Part shown: positions 32,959-43,968 of the stretch, one piece after another
Numbering within the stretch: position 1 is the first letter of the stretch
Layout: each line of letters begins with the position of its first letter
Position numbers and translations under genes: made by a program
From: Trypanosoma brucei
Lineage: Eukaryota
DNA: 64,000 bases
Direction: 5' to 3'
Assembly (NCBI GenBank): GCA_000002445.1
Contig: CM000208.1
Location: 1,184,001 to 1,248,000 of the forward strand
Notes under the pieces: generated by a model
Told to the model about the DNA's origin: nothing
What the model saw: the letters and a program-made list of their open reading frames with translations, nothing else
The model's database searches: none

Positions 32959-33642
32959 CTACTCCGCGTTCAGGTACACCGCGAACTCATGAAAGTCTCG
33001 GTCAAACTCCGCCTCGATCTCCGCAAAGGTGTACGCCGGGCCTTCATCGGCTGCCGGCTCATCTGTCCAGTCAGGGTGCATGACTAACCACGGACGGTTG
33101 TGAATGTAAAACCACTGCTGGCACATTGGGCACTTGTTCTTGCTGTACCCTTTCATCATCATGTAGTAGGTCGACTGTGGCACATGAGGAGCACAATTTC
33201 CAAAGCACATCACGATCTGCTGATCTCCAGGATTGCCCACAGCCTCTACACGGATAGGGCGTTCTTCGCTTCCAATTGGAGGTTCGTATAGGTGGTTCAC
33301 GGCAACGTAGGGTCGTTCGTTCCACTCCTCTCGGTCGTGCTCCTCGAGGATAAGAGTATCATCCGCCTCGAACAAGTGCCAAACCTTCGCGGGCTCCTGC
33401 CAGTAGAGACGCCCGGACCCCGTTACAACATCATCATAAACGGGGAGCGCTTGGTCCATCAGTTTGCTCATAAAGGGACTCTTACGCCATGTGTCGGGTG
33501 GCTGCTGGAACTCATTAAGGTTATGCGGCTGGACTGGGTACGGTTTGTCTTGATACGGTGTAGGTCCAGTGTTACCGCCGGAGAGAGCCGTTCTGGTGGC
33601 AGCAAGAAACGAAACCGAAGATTTGCGTAACATGTCAGCCAC
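32959..33642 (-). CDS. Mitochondrial zinc-ribbon protein, cytochrome c oxidase subunit 5b-like (227 aa)
   Basis: C-x3-C…(19 aa incl. aromatic-x3-KGY)…C-P-x-C matches COX5b Zn-binding module; N-terminus presequence-like (MADMLRKSSVSFLAATRTALSGG). Confidence 0.5.
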   Translation of the reverse strand: MADMLRKSSVSFLAATRTALSGGNTGPTPYQDKPYPVQPHNLNEFQQPPDTWRKSPFMSKLMDQALPVYDDVVTGSGRLYWQEPAKVWHLFEADDTLILEEHDREEWNERPYVAVNHLYEPPIGSEERPIRVEAVGNPGDQQIVMCFGNCAPHVPQSTYYMMMKGYSKNKCPMCQQWFYIHNRPWLVMHPDWTDEPAADEGPAYTFAEIEAEFDRDFHEFAVYLNAE

Positions 33643-34632
33643 ACAACACTTTCTTTTATGCTTATTAACCTATTTATTTCTTGCGAAGACCACACAAGGT
33701 GCAGTGAACAGGAAATAGTGAATGAAAAAGGAAGAATTTAAGCCATTGAGTGGGAAGAGGGTGGTACATAGGGGTGGCATGCGCCCACTGCACGCCGCAC
33801 CCCACACGAATAATTGGCATCCGAACGTACGCTAACACTACCACTTCTGCTTCCCATTCACACCACTATATGTGTAAAGGGCCATAATCGAATGTTCCCG
33901 CTATGAAAATCAAATGCCGGTTAAAAGAAAAGCTCGGGAAAGCAAAAGTGGATGAGCAAGCATATTCGAGTGTGTGTGTGTGTGTGAATGTTAGCCAGAG
34001 TGAGGAGATGTAAGAAGGAAAAAAGACAAGGACTGGGGGGAAGCACTACTCTATTGGTCGCTCCTATATCCACAGTACATAAAAATGATAAAGCGAAGAG
34101 TCAAGACAAACAGAGGGAGAAACCAGTAAACATCAGAGGAGGGCCGATTGAGGCCTCTTGTTTCCCTTTTGCTTTCATTCAAGTATTTTGCTGATGTTGC
34201 CTACTTTACTTTTCGCGGAAACCGTTGGAGGTAAAGTGCGCTAACACTGGAGATTGTGTGTTTACAACATTTGTAGAACACGCTAAACTGCTGTTGATTT
34301 TCTCCACAATCTGAATAGTAAACAAGAGAAAACGGCGTGTACGCGTGTGTGCAGATAAAAAATATTGATGAAAGATTGAACAATGGAAAATGCTTTATGC
34401 GAAGCCGTTTTCACACTGCAATCCCCTGTGTATCAGTATACACTCATAAGCGGGACCATATACATAATTGTATGTTACACAGTATGCATACACAGGTCGT
34501 TTCACGCAGGGCGGATAATCGTGCGGCTCACGGGCTTCTTCGTTCAAAAAGTGGCTCACGCATACGCGACGGTGGTGGGAAGGGGAAGAAAATGGGGAGG
34601 CACCTGTACTTAGTATTTCATAATTATTGGAT

Positions 34633-35547
34633 CTACGCCCTGCCAAATGCCTGCAACATACCGAGGCTTGTTGTGTTGTCATTAGCAATCCTTATCTGGC
34701 CACCCCCGCCACCACCACCTACTCTACCACTCACACGGGAACCAAAGCCCTCACATCGGTTTCCAAATGTGTTTCCGTGCGATGGCCGTGAAGAGGCGCT
34801 GTGAGAGCTTGCCTGCGTCCCCGAAAAGGTGATTCCCATGGGATTTGCTGTTCGCTGCTGTCGCTGCTGCGCCCCTCGTTGCTGCCTCGCGATCGCGGGT
34901 GGGGCACGCGGCTGCCTATTATTTGGACAGGGTTCCTTGGCGCACGGCTCCCCCCACATAGCAGCACTGGTCTGACGCGCCTGTCGTGCCGCGCGCATTG
35001 CCTCAATGAACTCACGGTGTTGTTCACGCCAGCGCGTGCGCGGCACACCCGGAGCAGGTGAAGAAGCACCGGGCGCTGCCTTCTTCCTCCCCTTTGCGGA
35101 AGGCGCACCGAAACAGCCGCCACTGTATTGGCCCTCAATCGCCCGCTGCTTGCTGCTATCAAACACCTTGCGCTTGACGTTGCCCTTGCAGACGCTCTCG
35201 TGATAAGCAATCCGATCAAACAGGAATTTCCTACCACAGCGAGAACATGGGTGTAAATTCATATTTCCCTCCGGGTGCTCGGATCCGTTGGCAAAAGGAT
35301 CGTGCTCGTTTAGCGTTCTTGCACCATTTGCGCCATTGCCACAGGCAACACCACCAGCACTACTTTTCGTTCCCTTATGAGGCGTCGGACTTATATTTGG
35401 CATGACTGGCATAGGCCCATTGGGGTTGAGTTTCCAGCGCTTGAGGGCTTTCTGGTAGCATTGTGGTACGTGTATACCCAGGGAAGCCGATCCGAACCCC
35501 TGTTGACACAAGGGGCAAATGCGAAAGAGAGGCGGCATTGTGCACAC
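34633..35547 (-). CDS. C2HC-type zinc-finger protein (two zf-C2HC_2-like fingers) (304 aa)
   Basis: Two C-x2-C…H-x4-C fingers (CPLCQQGF…HVPQC and CSRCGRKF…HESVC); remainder low-complexity Gly/Arg/Gln-rich. Confidence 0.65.
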   Translation of the reverse strand: MCTMPPLFRICPLCQQGFGSASLGIHVPQCYQKALKRWKLNPNGPMPVMPNISPTPHKGTKSSAGGVACGNGANGARTLNEHDPFANGSEHPEGNMNLHPCSRCGRKFLFDRIAYHESVCKGNVKRKVFDSSKQRAIEGQYSGGCFGAPSAKGRKKAAPGASSPAPGVPRTRWREQHREFIEAMRAARQARQTSAAMWGEPCAKEPCPNNRQPRAPPAIARQQRGAQQRQQRTANPMGITFSGTQASSHSASSRPSHGNTFGNRCEGFGSRVSGRVGGGGGGGQIRIANDNTTSLGMLQAFGRA

Positions 35548-36243
35548 AAGAAAAAAACAAGGACGGAATATGAAACTGTAACTAGTAAAGCGAATGACAG
35601 TTGTATACTTGTACAGAACCTTCTGATCTCCTTTGCTGGTGGCTGCTCACCAGACGAAACAAGGGACTGGGAAAAGACAACGAATGAAGAGTAAAAGAAC
35701 ATCTGCTTTCTCATGGCCGTCCCTACAAAACAAAAAAAAAACACGGCGGAGGGCAGGGAGAAGTAGCTTCAGGTTCATGTTATCTCGGCGACACAGAGAG
35801 GCGGTAAGCACAATCAATGACAAAATCATTATAATCCCCTCCTCCCTCCCTCCCTCCATCAGCCCCCGGAGAGGCTCACAATAGTGTTTAAGAGTTTCTC
35901 AGAACCATTTTCATTGCCTGCAGCACATACCACATCTTTAAAATGTCTACCTTCCAACACTCAACGCACTGGAAAACGAAGCCTCACCTCATGAGTAAAC
36001 AACAAAGTAAAGTCCCGCTCCATAATACAAACCCACTGCACATTCCTTCACACGCCCCGCCTTCCATAGGAGTTTCGTTTGCAGCCAGTAACCCCCAAGA
36101 AGAGATAGGACAACGAAGAAATAGCGGGAACCCATAAGTACGTTTGGGTGTGCATGCATAAACTCGTGACATTTGAGTGGCGTGGTAATAGTTTTCTTAT
36201 TAAGGGGATAGCTGACCTCCGAAGAGGAGACGGCACCGAGTCA

Positions 36244-37743
36244 TCACCTATAGTGAAATGTTTGCTTTTGCCGGCGCGAACGAGGGTCAACCGTGAAAGA
36301 AAATCCTGAGGGCATCCCGCCTTCGCCACAGCCGCCCTGAAACATCATGTTCATCATCTGAAAAATGTCGGCTTGACGTGCCGGAAAGTCACTCGTACCC
36401 CCAGGACTAGATGCATCATCAAGTTGCCCTGAGTCATACAACCTTTTCTTCTGGGGATCTGAGAGAATGGAAAACGCCTCACCTACTTCCTTGAACATCT
36501 TCTCTGCGTGAGCCTTTTCCTCCTCGGTCGCGTGGGCCCACTTATCCGGGTGCCACTGCAAACAACCCTTCTTGTATGCACGTTTAATGGAGGAGTCATC
36601 CGACTCTCCCTGCGGCAGACCCAATATTTTGTAATAGTCCTTCCTTTTTGCTCTCTTGGCACTAATCTTCATTTGCTGCGCCTCACCATTGTACGAAGGG
36701 TCCATCTCTGCCGCCCTTTGGATATCCCTCAGGGCGTCGTCATAGTTCTCGAGGGCCTCGTGGATACGGCTACGACGGGCGTACAACTTCGCACTTTCCG
36801 CGCCGTTTTTGATAGCAAAGTCACAGTCAAGTAAAGCGCTTGAATATTCTTTTAGCTCCATCTTGGCAGCAGCCTGGTTACCCCGTAGAACGGCTGTCAT
36901 TCGAATGTTTGAGGGATCGACTTCTATTGCAGCCTTGTAACAATTAACGGCAGCGGTGAATCGTTTCTCCTTAAAAGCCGCGTTACCCTCGGTCTTTTGA
37001 GACTCCACTGCCCGTATCTTCTTCAAGAGCTCAGTAGCCTTTCGATTGTCGGGATCCAACTCAATCGTGTGACGAAGTATCGACTGTGCGTTATTCAGCC
37101 CGCTTTGCCCACTATAGTAACTGGCGAGTGCCCGAACATAAAGATAGTAGGTATCATCAGCGTGTGCACTGGAAAGAGCCGTCAGCGATCGGATAACCCT
37201 CTCGGGGTACAGTGAAGCTTGAGACTCGCCCAACATAATGCCGACAATGGCACAGTCCGGGAACAGTTGGGCCGCCTTCACTAACTCACGTTCCGCCGCC
37301 AGAAAGTTGCGTTCCTCTAGCAGACGCTGACCAGCTTCAAACCCCCTTTGGCCTTCTTCGGCAGTTCTATGAAGCTCCTGTATCTGCTTTTTGTCTTCCG
37401 GAGACGCGCCACAAGCTTCCAGAACCACGAGGGCTTCCTTTAGTTTTTGCGTCGCTTCCCTAAATCTACCCAGATGACAAAGTGCGTTGTGCAGACGCGA
37501 GTATCCCTTAACAAATGTCTTATCATTGGCGATTGCTGCTTCAGCATCAAGCACTGCCTTCTGATATTCTTTCATTTTTATGTAAGCTGCACTTCTGTTA
37601 GAAAAGAGTGCTGCCTCCTTGGAATTTAACTTAATCGCTTCGGAGTAGAGTTTAACAGCGTTGGCATATGCTTCACTTTTAAACGCCTTGTTTCCTTCCT
37701 CGCGTAGCTCCATCCAAGAAGCAACACCATCATCAGGCTCCAT
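36244..37743 (-). CDS. TPR-repeat + DnaJ (J-domain) co-chaperone, DNAJC7/TPR2-like (499 aa)
   Basis: Multiple TPR units (…AYANAVKLYSEAIKLNSKEAALFSNRSAAYIKMKEYQKAVLDAEAAI…) followed by J domain (DYYKILGL…AYKKGCLQWHPDK…) with HPD. Confidence 0.85.
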   Translation of the reverse strand: MEPDDGVASWMELREEGNKAFKSEAYANAVKLYSEAIKLNSKEAALFSNRSAAYIKMKEYQKAVLDAEAAIANDKTFVKGYSRLHNALCHLGRFREATQKLKEALVVLEACGASPEDKKQIQELHRTAEEGQRGFEAGQRLLEERNFLAAERELVKAAQLFPDCAIVGIMLGESQASLYPERVIRSLTALSSAHADDTYYLYVRALASYYSGQSGLNNAQSILRHTIELDPDNRKATELLKKIRAVESQKTEGNAAFKEKRFTAAVNCYKAAIEVDPSNIRMTAVLRGNQAAAKMELKEYSSALLDCDFAIKNGAESAKLYARRSRIHEALENYDDALRDIQRAAEMDPSYNGEAQQMKISAKRAKRKDYYKILGLPQGESDDSSIKRAYKKGCLQWHPDKWAHATEEEKAHAEKMFKEVGEAFSILSDPQKKRLYDSGQLDDASSPGGTSDFPARQADIFQMMNMMFQGGCGEGGMPSGFSFTVDPRSRRQKQTFHYR

Positions 37744-38585
37744 CTGCTTAAAGAGTACTAGCCCCGAGTCAACAGTTCCACGGATCCTATATGTTAGATT
37801 GCGGGTTCCACCTTGCTATATCCTAATATGCTCCTGAAACCGAAGGGTCCTGTAATGCCTCCGCGGCCTCTGTGACACACCTGAATAACCTCTTGAACAA
37901 CAATGAGAAACAAAACGGAAAAGAATGGGTGGAACCCAGGGAGACTAACTTATATGCACAACCTTTAACAACAACCCCCGATGCAAAGCAAACGTCAAAC
38001 ATCGTTGCGGACCATACCTCTCGTTCTTGTACCTTCCTCCTCCATACACACGCATATACCAAAATGAGGAAAAGTACCGATGATCGATAACCTTTTAGTA
38101 TTTTCCAAATGCGGGGCGGTAAATGTACAGTGACGGTGTCGCCACTGAGAGGAAACTAAAGGAATCCTCCCATACTGAATGGGGCCCTTACGCCACGTAC
38201 AGTATCACCGTCATTAACCGCCCGGGAAGCTCTGCACGACGTTAAAATGTCGTCAACCACTGCTTCGGTTGATGCCCAGTGTGGTCTACATGCAATTACA
38301 AAACACGACACCAATAGCGGCTCTCGCCGCGCTCAGGCACCTCCACAACCGACGGCAGTGCATCAACCACAAACTAGTACCTTAGCACAACCGAACGCAC
38401 AACAATAAACCAGACGACTTGGGGACCCGGCGGTGCAAAACCTGAATGGGGAACTTATGTGGTGCAGAAGTGGGGACTACGAGCTCTTCTGGGTTCAGTT
38501 CCTCTATTACACGTGACAGACAACCATATAAGCACGCAACCTACGATCAAATAGTCCTATATGGCATGCCTCATTAACTGTTGCA

Positions 38586-40700
38586 TTACCTTGTAAAGAA
38601 AATGTCGTGCAAAATCTCCTTCCTCTCCTGGATAACCAAGTCACGACACATATCATTAACAGCAAGCGAAATCCCGAACGTCGTCGCACTGACAGGCCAC
38701 CTCCGTGGCATGCAGCGGCGGAAAGAAGCATAGAATCCAGGTTTTAGACACACACTCTTAGCGTCGACTACGCCAGAAGACGTGAGTTGCTCCACCTGTC
38801 CACGTCGCCTTCCGACATTAATGAAATAGGTAGTGACATGACCGACGAAAGAGGCGAGCACGCCAGCAAAAAGTCGCTGACCGAACGAAGTGCAGTGACA
38901 GTGTTCCTTGAGGAATTCGTAGGTCGCAAAACCGACGCCCCCAACAGGCCCTACACCCATAGCCGCAAAGGTACTCCACTCGCGAAATGATCGCGGAGAT
39001 TGCGCTTTTGCTATATCGTGAAGTAGCCAATAATGTGAATGAAAGTGACGTGGAGTCGTGTGTTTCACTGCTCGGGCGCCCACATGCGCGATAGGGTACA
39101 GCAGAGCCGTTGCCGCCGCCGTCGCCACAGCGCCTGCAACAAAGTTTGTAGCCGGCGTTGGCGTTAGAGAAAATAACAGCCGCTCTGAAGCTGTCTGGCA
39201 TATGTCAAACAGTGAGTAAGTGAGGGCACCATACGAAATAACTCGCATCATTGTGACGTCACCACCGTGGGCTGCAACACCTCTCCAGCAGAGCAAACCA
39301 CTCGACAGGGGACCGTGCCGGCCGGTTGTACGTGAATATAAACGGCCCAAACACACTTGAAACAAGATTTTAAGTTGAAGAAGTGCAGCTGTACATGTTT
39401 GGGCCACACACGCGGCCATCATTCCGCAAACAAGCCCCTCTGGAAGAGACACCAAGTTTCCCCGACGGGAGTATTTCACTACCTCCTCATCGTACTCGCG
39501 CATGCGCCGCTTAACGATATCATTGACAGTAAAAACAGTGCTAACGGCTATGGGGCCTTTAATCCAGTTCATGGAAAGGCCTTTATACCAACCCTGAAGG
39601 AAGCCTTCCTCCTTGTAAATCACACGAAGTGCATGGAAAACACCGCGGTAACGACCTGGCGTCACTTGCATGCGGCGCCGAACAATGTCCAGAGGGTAGG
39701 TAGCGGACTGAGCAACAAGTCCAGCAAAACCACCAGCCACAATCCTCTCATGCACAGAAATGGACTTCTCGGACGAAAGCTCACGCCATCGAACAATATA
39801 GCTCTTCAGAGTCTCGAAGACAGCAAAACTACACCCTGCATAGGGCATAATGCCAATAACAGTAGGAACTAGTCCAGAATATAGCGACCTCCAGCCGTGA
39901 TCGGCCACCAGTGACCTGTAAGCCCGGCAGTAGCTGGGGATCACCCCCTTGTCGAAATTGTGAACAGCAAGTCGCGCCCTCATGAGGTCCAGAGGGTAGG
40001 TGCACGCCGTTGCCGTAGCACCCGAAAGTGAGCCACTCAGGAACCGTATGATAACCATTGTGCCCTCATTCTTTGAAGTACTTGTCCGATCGGCGATCAG
40101 TAAATACTGAAACCCCTCACGATAGTAATCAAACGTTACAAATGTCACGGCGGCATATGGCACAACTCGTATCATCGTTGCGCCATTACCTATCCACAAT
40201 CCAGCTATACCGTGCTTCCTCACTGTTGCCATACCCAGCTTACATGCATTGTAAAGTGAGAAGCGCCGCTGGGAGTCTACTTGGAAGATTATCTTAACCT
40301 TGTCAGCGGGTGCAATTACCGTTTTGCTAACGGCACCAGCGATCCCACCAGCGGCAAACCCTTCTAGGAAACGTACAACTCCCTGGACGACTCGAGCAGC
40401 AGAACTCGGTTCTTCAGTAGCGGAGAACTCGCCGTAATATTGAAATCTTTCGAAGTCGATCTCATATTGTCCTAAGGAGGTAAACCGTTTGTGATGCTCT
40501 TCGCAGAAACGACTCCACTGTGCCTCCGAGAGTCCTCCTTTTCCTTCGTGATCGAAGCACTGTACAAGCTCTCGAATATGTTCAGGCGGAAGGAAAATCA
40601 GTGGGGCCACCTTCTTCACTATGACGTCAGTTGGAATGTACGGTACTCCCGTCGTGGAAGAAGTTGTAGACCGACCTGCATCAACGTCCTTGGCCAGCAT
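38586..40700 (-). CDS. Mitochondrial carrier family protein with second, degenerate carrier-like module (704 aa)
   Basis: N-terminal ~60 aa EF-hand-like; residues ~100-400 hold three carrier repeats with P-x-D-x-x-[KR] motifs (PADKVKI, PLDLMRARL, PLDIVRRRM); residues ~420-704 form further TM helix pairs without canonical motifs. Confidence 0.7.
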   Translation of the reverse strand: MLAKDVDAGRSTTSSTTGVPYIPTDVIVKKVAPLIFLPPEHIRELVQCFDHEGKGGLSEAQWSRFCEEHHKRFTSLGQYEIDFERFQYYGEFSATEEPSSAARVVQGVVRFLEGFAAGGIAGAVSKTVIAPADKVKIIFQVDSQRRFSLYNACKLGMATVRKHGIAGLWIGNGATMIRVVPYAAVTFVTFDYYREGFQYLLIADRTSTSKNEGTMVIIRFLSGSLSGATATACTYPLDLMRARLAVHNFDKGVIPSYCRAYRSLVADHGWRSLYSGLVPTVIGIMPYAGCSFAVFETLKSYIVRWRELSSEKSISVHERIVAGGFAGLVAQSATYPLDIVRRRMQVTPGRYRGVFHALRVIYKEEGFLQGWYKGLSMNWIKGPIAVSTVFTVNDIVKRRMREYDEEVVKYSRRGNLVSLPEGLVCGMMAACVAQTCTAALLQLKILFQVCLGRLYSRTTGRHGPLSSGLLCWRGVAAHGGDVTMMRVISYGALTYSLFDICQTASERLLFSLTPTPATNFVAGAVATAAATALLYPIAHVGARAVKHTTPRHFHSHYWLLHDIAKAQSPRSFREWSTFAAMGVGPVGGVGFATYEFLKEHCHCTSFGQRLFAGVLASFVGHVTTYFINVGRRRGQVEQLTSSGVVDAKSVCLKPGFYASFRRCMPRRWPVSATTFGISLAVNDMCRDLVIQERKEILHDIFFTR

Positions 40701-41156
40701 TCACAGGAAACCAACTAAGGCAGCTACACTGTCCCAGTGCCGACACCGTTGTCTATAACTGGGGTGCCAAACGTCAGGGGAAAAGCGACCAGGGAGTGAA
40801 ATCGCGCACACAACCGAGCGCTTTACGACTTTGGGTGCCGTCGGGAACACTCCTTCCTGATTCAGCTTCAAAAGAAAGAGAAAGAGCATAGGGCGAAAAT
40901 AAAACAGGTGTAAGTCGAAAACATTTAACAACGACCGGTAGTTTTCCCCACCGCATATGCATACATGTATGTGCTCACAGTCGTATAGCAGTCAAGTAAA
41001 CGTAAAATGTACCAACAGAATCACTGCATATTGTGATGTAAGCCTCACACAGAGCAATATATAACCTTGAACCAAGAATACAACCTGACGACACGACCTC
41101 CAGCACATCAGATGCCTGCAGGTACAGCAAAAGAAAAAAGGCTACATCTAGAGAAG

Positions 41157-42617
41157 CTAGTTGATATCTGTTTTGTTCCGCTTCCTTATGTATGAATCGA
41201 GCTCGCCTTTAATGGAACGGAACCCGCACTCGTAATCTTGTCCCTCAAGGCGGTACAGTCGAAGTTGTTCTTCAGCTTCTTCGTACAGCGCCTTTATGCG
41301 TGTCAGCTCCCTTCTTACCACCTTCAGTTCAATATTGTTGGAGTGTTCTTCCTCGGACAACCCCACATAATTTGAGATACCGCGGTTCCAGCAACTTTGC
41401 ATGTTTTCGACGTACGCATCGATCTCCCGCAATGTGGGGACCGCAGAAAGTCCCTGAGGTGATGCCTTGTTAGACCCCAGACGAGGAAGTGACTCCCGTT
41501 TTATCAACAATGGGGGCTCACACTCCTCAATCTTCCTCCAGTAATTTTCATCTATTTGTGACTCAACGGCACCTGGTTCCTCTGTAGTGACGCTCACCTT
41601 CCCCTTCCACCCCCTCCTGGTTGGTTTAGGAAGCCTCTTTTTCGGTTCAAAAGGAGCTAATATGTGTTGAGTTACTGGGTCAAAAAAACTATTAACCCAG
41701 TCCATTTGGGGAAACATTGACATAAACTGACCAATTAACTGAGAAGTTGTTAAAATAACTCCCTCGTCTGACTTACTAAAGGGCATAGTCCCCTGGCATT
41801 TGTTTTCCATGTGAACGACTGCTACAGCTGATTTTCGAGGTGTTTCTGTCGTAAATACAGGAAAAATAAGGAGACTTGAAGTGACACGCGATGAATCAAC
41901 CGTATACTGATTAAGGGCAATCCCGCTACCCAAAACTTCCGCGTCCACAGAGCCTAGGCATCTGTGATGAACCAACTGGGGGGGAAATGCAAGCCTGGCC
42001 GCGCAGTTTGCTATGGAAATCATCTCATCATCTTTGCGAATAAATATATGAGATGAGGATGCTTTCGAAATTCTTGTCGCGCCTTCAAGGATATTATACA
42101 ACGTAGCAGCTATGTACTTTGATACCTCCTTCGATATTTGAAGAGGTCCGCCAGGTACCTTCTCCCTTGGAATGCGATACGCCGTTACACTTGAAGGTTT
42201 GGTAATTACAACCTTCTTCCCTTCGTTAGAACGACGTTGCCCGGGTGTTTGCCTTCCCTCGTTAACTAGCTCAGGTAACCCGTCAGCGCGTTTGGGTCGT
42301 TCCTTCTCCGTGATATCACCAGTCATAGTCCGACCACTCTCCCGTAATGCCGATTCTATCGGCCCTATAGCGTCACGGATTCTATCAGGTAGCGGTCCCA
42401 CTTGGTGATGAAATTCCGGGCGTGTCCTTGCAAAGGTATCAAGCATTTCAGCTATTAGTTTCAGTTCATCAATCTGTTCACGATGAGGAAAGGCCATCCT
42501 TTTTTTTTTGTCCTCAGTTAGTAAATACGACCTAGTTACTTTCGATATCGTAGCAAATAAAAAACGTATATGTACGTATATATAGCGGCAACGACAATAG
42601 CAATTAGAATCGCTCAT
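41157..42617 (-). CDS. Hypothetical protein (486 aa)
   Basis: Long uninterrupted ORF in array orientation; C-terminal coiled-coil-like segment; no family recognised. Confidence 0.5.
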   Translation of the reverse strand: MSDSNCYCRCRYIYVHIRFLFATISKVTRSYLLTEDKKKRMAFPHREQIDELKLIAEMLDTFARTRPEFHHQVGPLPDRIRDAIGPIESALRESGRTMTGDITEKERPKRADGLPELVNEGRQTPGQRRSNEGKKVVITKPSSVTAYRIPREKVPGGPLQISKEVSKYIAATLYNILEGATRISKASSSHIFIRKDDEMISIANCAARLAFPPQLVHHRCLGSVDAEVLGSGIALNQYTVDSSRVTSSLLIFPVFTTETPRKSAVAVVHMENKCQGTMPFSKSDEGVILTTSQLIGQFMSMFPQMDWVNSFFDPVTQHILAPFEPKKRLPKPTRRGWKGKVSVTTEEPGAVESQIDENYWRKIEECEPPLLIKRESLPRLGSNKASPQGLSAVPTLREIDAYVENMQSCWNRGISNYVGLSEEEHSNNIELKVVRRELTRIKALYEEAEEQLRLYRLEGQDYECGFRSIKGELDSYIRKRNKTDIN

Positions 42618-42698
42618 TGGAACGGCAACGACAGACCCTGTATAAAGATGATAATTTTCATCGTATACACAAATTCAACGTACATTTAAAAAAAATGA

Positions 42699-43580
42699 TC
42701 AACGCTCACTACAAAAGAACGCAGGTTTAAATCTTGCTATAACAATGGTCATATTGTCACAGCCTGTTCCTTGTATGCATGGGGCCAGGCACCTATCCAG
42801 AACAGCTTCACACACTAAACCAATATCATCTTCGGTATCCTTAAAACTTTGATGAATCAGCTGACAACAGTCATCATTTGACAAAACATCCCAAACTCCA
42901 TCGCACGCAACAACAACAAAAGCATCTTCCTCTTTTATATCAATTCTAGTCACATCAGGCAAGGCAGTAACTATCTGTTCCTCCCAAGACAACTCGCTAT
43001 TCTCTTTGTAGTCAAAATCACCTATAGCTCTACTAACGGCTAAATTTCCATCGACACGATGGGACTGAACCGTCCCTCCGGCTCGCAAAATACGCTCCTT
43101 TTCACCCGGAGCAGAAGGTTTGTGATCAATACTTAGAGGAATGGCGCGAGTTCCACGGTACAAAACTGCCCTACTATCACCAGCATTTGCGCATATAACC
43201 TCGTTTTGAGTTAACATAACGCAAATGGCCGCAGTTCCACCCTCTGACCTCAGCATCGACATTTTGGACAAATTGGAGTCAATCGCACCAAACGCCTTTT
43301 TGAAAGCCTCATCGTATGAGCCACTGCGATACTCTGGTGTTAGCATCAGCTCATCAAGGAGATGTTCCCTACAATACTTAGCGATTTTGTTACCGTTATG
43401 TCCATCGAAAACGCCGATGAATGTATGATGTTTATTCCCACCTAAATTCAACTGAGCTACGTGAGCATCTTCCATGGTTTTGCGCCACCCCTGCATCGCG
43501 CAACACCCAACATGAATATGGGACGTTTCAAATGTACTGGTGTGCTTCTCTGTGACAGGTTTGGACAGCGTTTCCCCCAT
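42699..43580 (-). CDS. Protein phosphatase 2C (PPM family) (293 aa)
   Basis: PP2C motifs in order: …GWRKTMEDAH…, FIGVFDGHNG…, …CANAGDSRAVL…, …VVACDGVWDVLSNDD…. Confidence 0.85.
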   Translation of the reverse strand: MGETLSKPVTEKHTSTFETSHIHVGCCAMQGWRKTMEDAHVAQLNLGGNKHHTFIGVFDGHNGNKIAKYCREHLLDELMLTPEYRSGSYDEAFKKAFGAIDSNLSKMSMLRSEGGTAAICVMLTQNEVICANAGDSRAVLYRGTRAIPLSIDHKPSAPGEKERILRAGGTVQSHRVDGNLAVSRAIGDFDYKENSELSWEEQIVTALPDVTRIDIKEEDAFVVVACDGVWDVLSNDDCCQLIHQSFKDTEDDIGLVCEAVLDRCLAPCIQGTGCDNMTIVIARFKPAFFCSER

Positions 43581-43781
43581 ATCTCCTGATAATAAGAAAA
43601 TAAATGTGGCAAAGCTTTCCCTTTAAGGGGACTTGAAAGTTGTGATAAAGAGAAGCCAATTTGATGGTATTAACGAAACGAATGGGATGAATGCAGTGTG
43701 ACATATTCTAAAGGAAGGGTGTCTAAGCAATGTCCACACAAACGCGGTCACACCACAGCAGTCTCTTTTTTTTTTTCTGTT

Positions 43782-43784
<3 letters not shown>

Positions 43785-43814
<30 letters not shown>
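43785..43814. repeat. (AT)n microsatellite
   Basis: ~15 AT units read directly. Confidence 0.95.
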
Positions 43815-43817
<3 letters not shown>

Positions 43818-43968
43818 TATGTGTGTGTCTGTGTGTTCATCTTTATATATCATTAAGTACGTAGTCATTAGAGACTTCTTTCCCTGTAGGATATCAACAG
43901 AAGTAATAACATTTGATCAAGTGTTCGTTTTTATCCTCGGACATATATATTCCCTCTCCCCCGTTATA

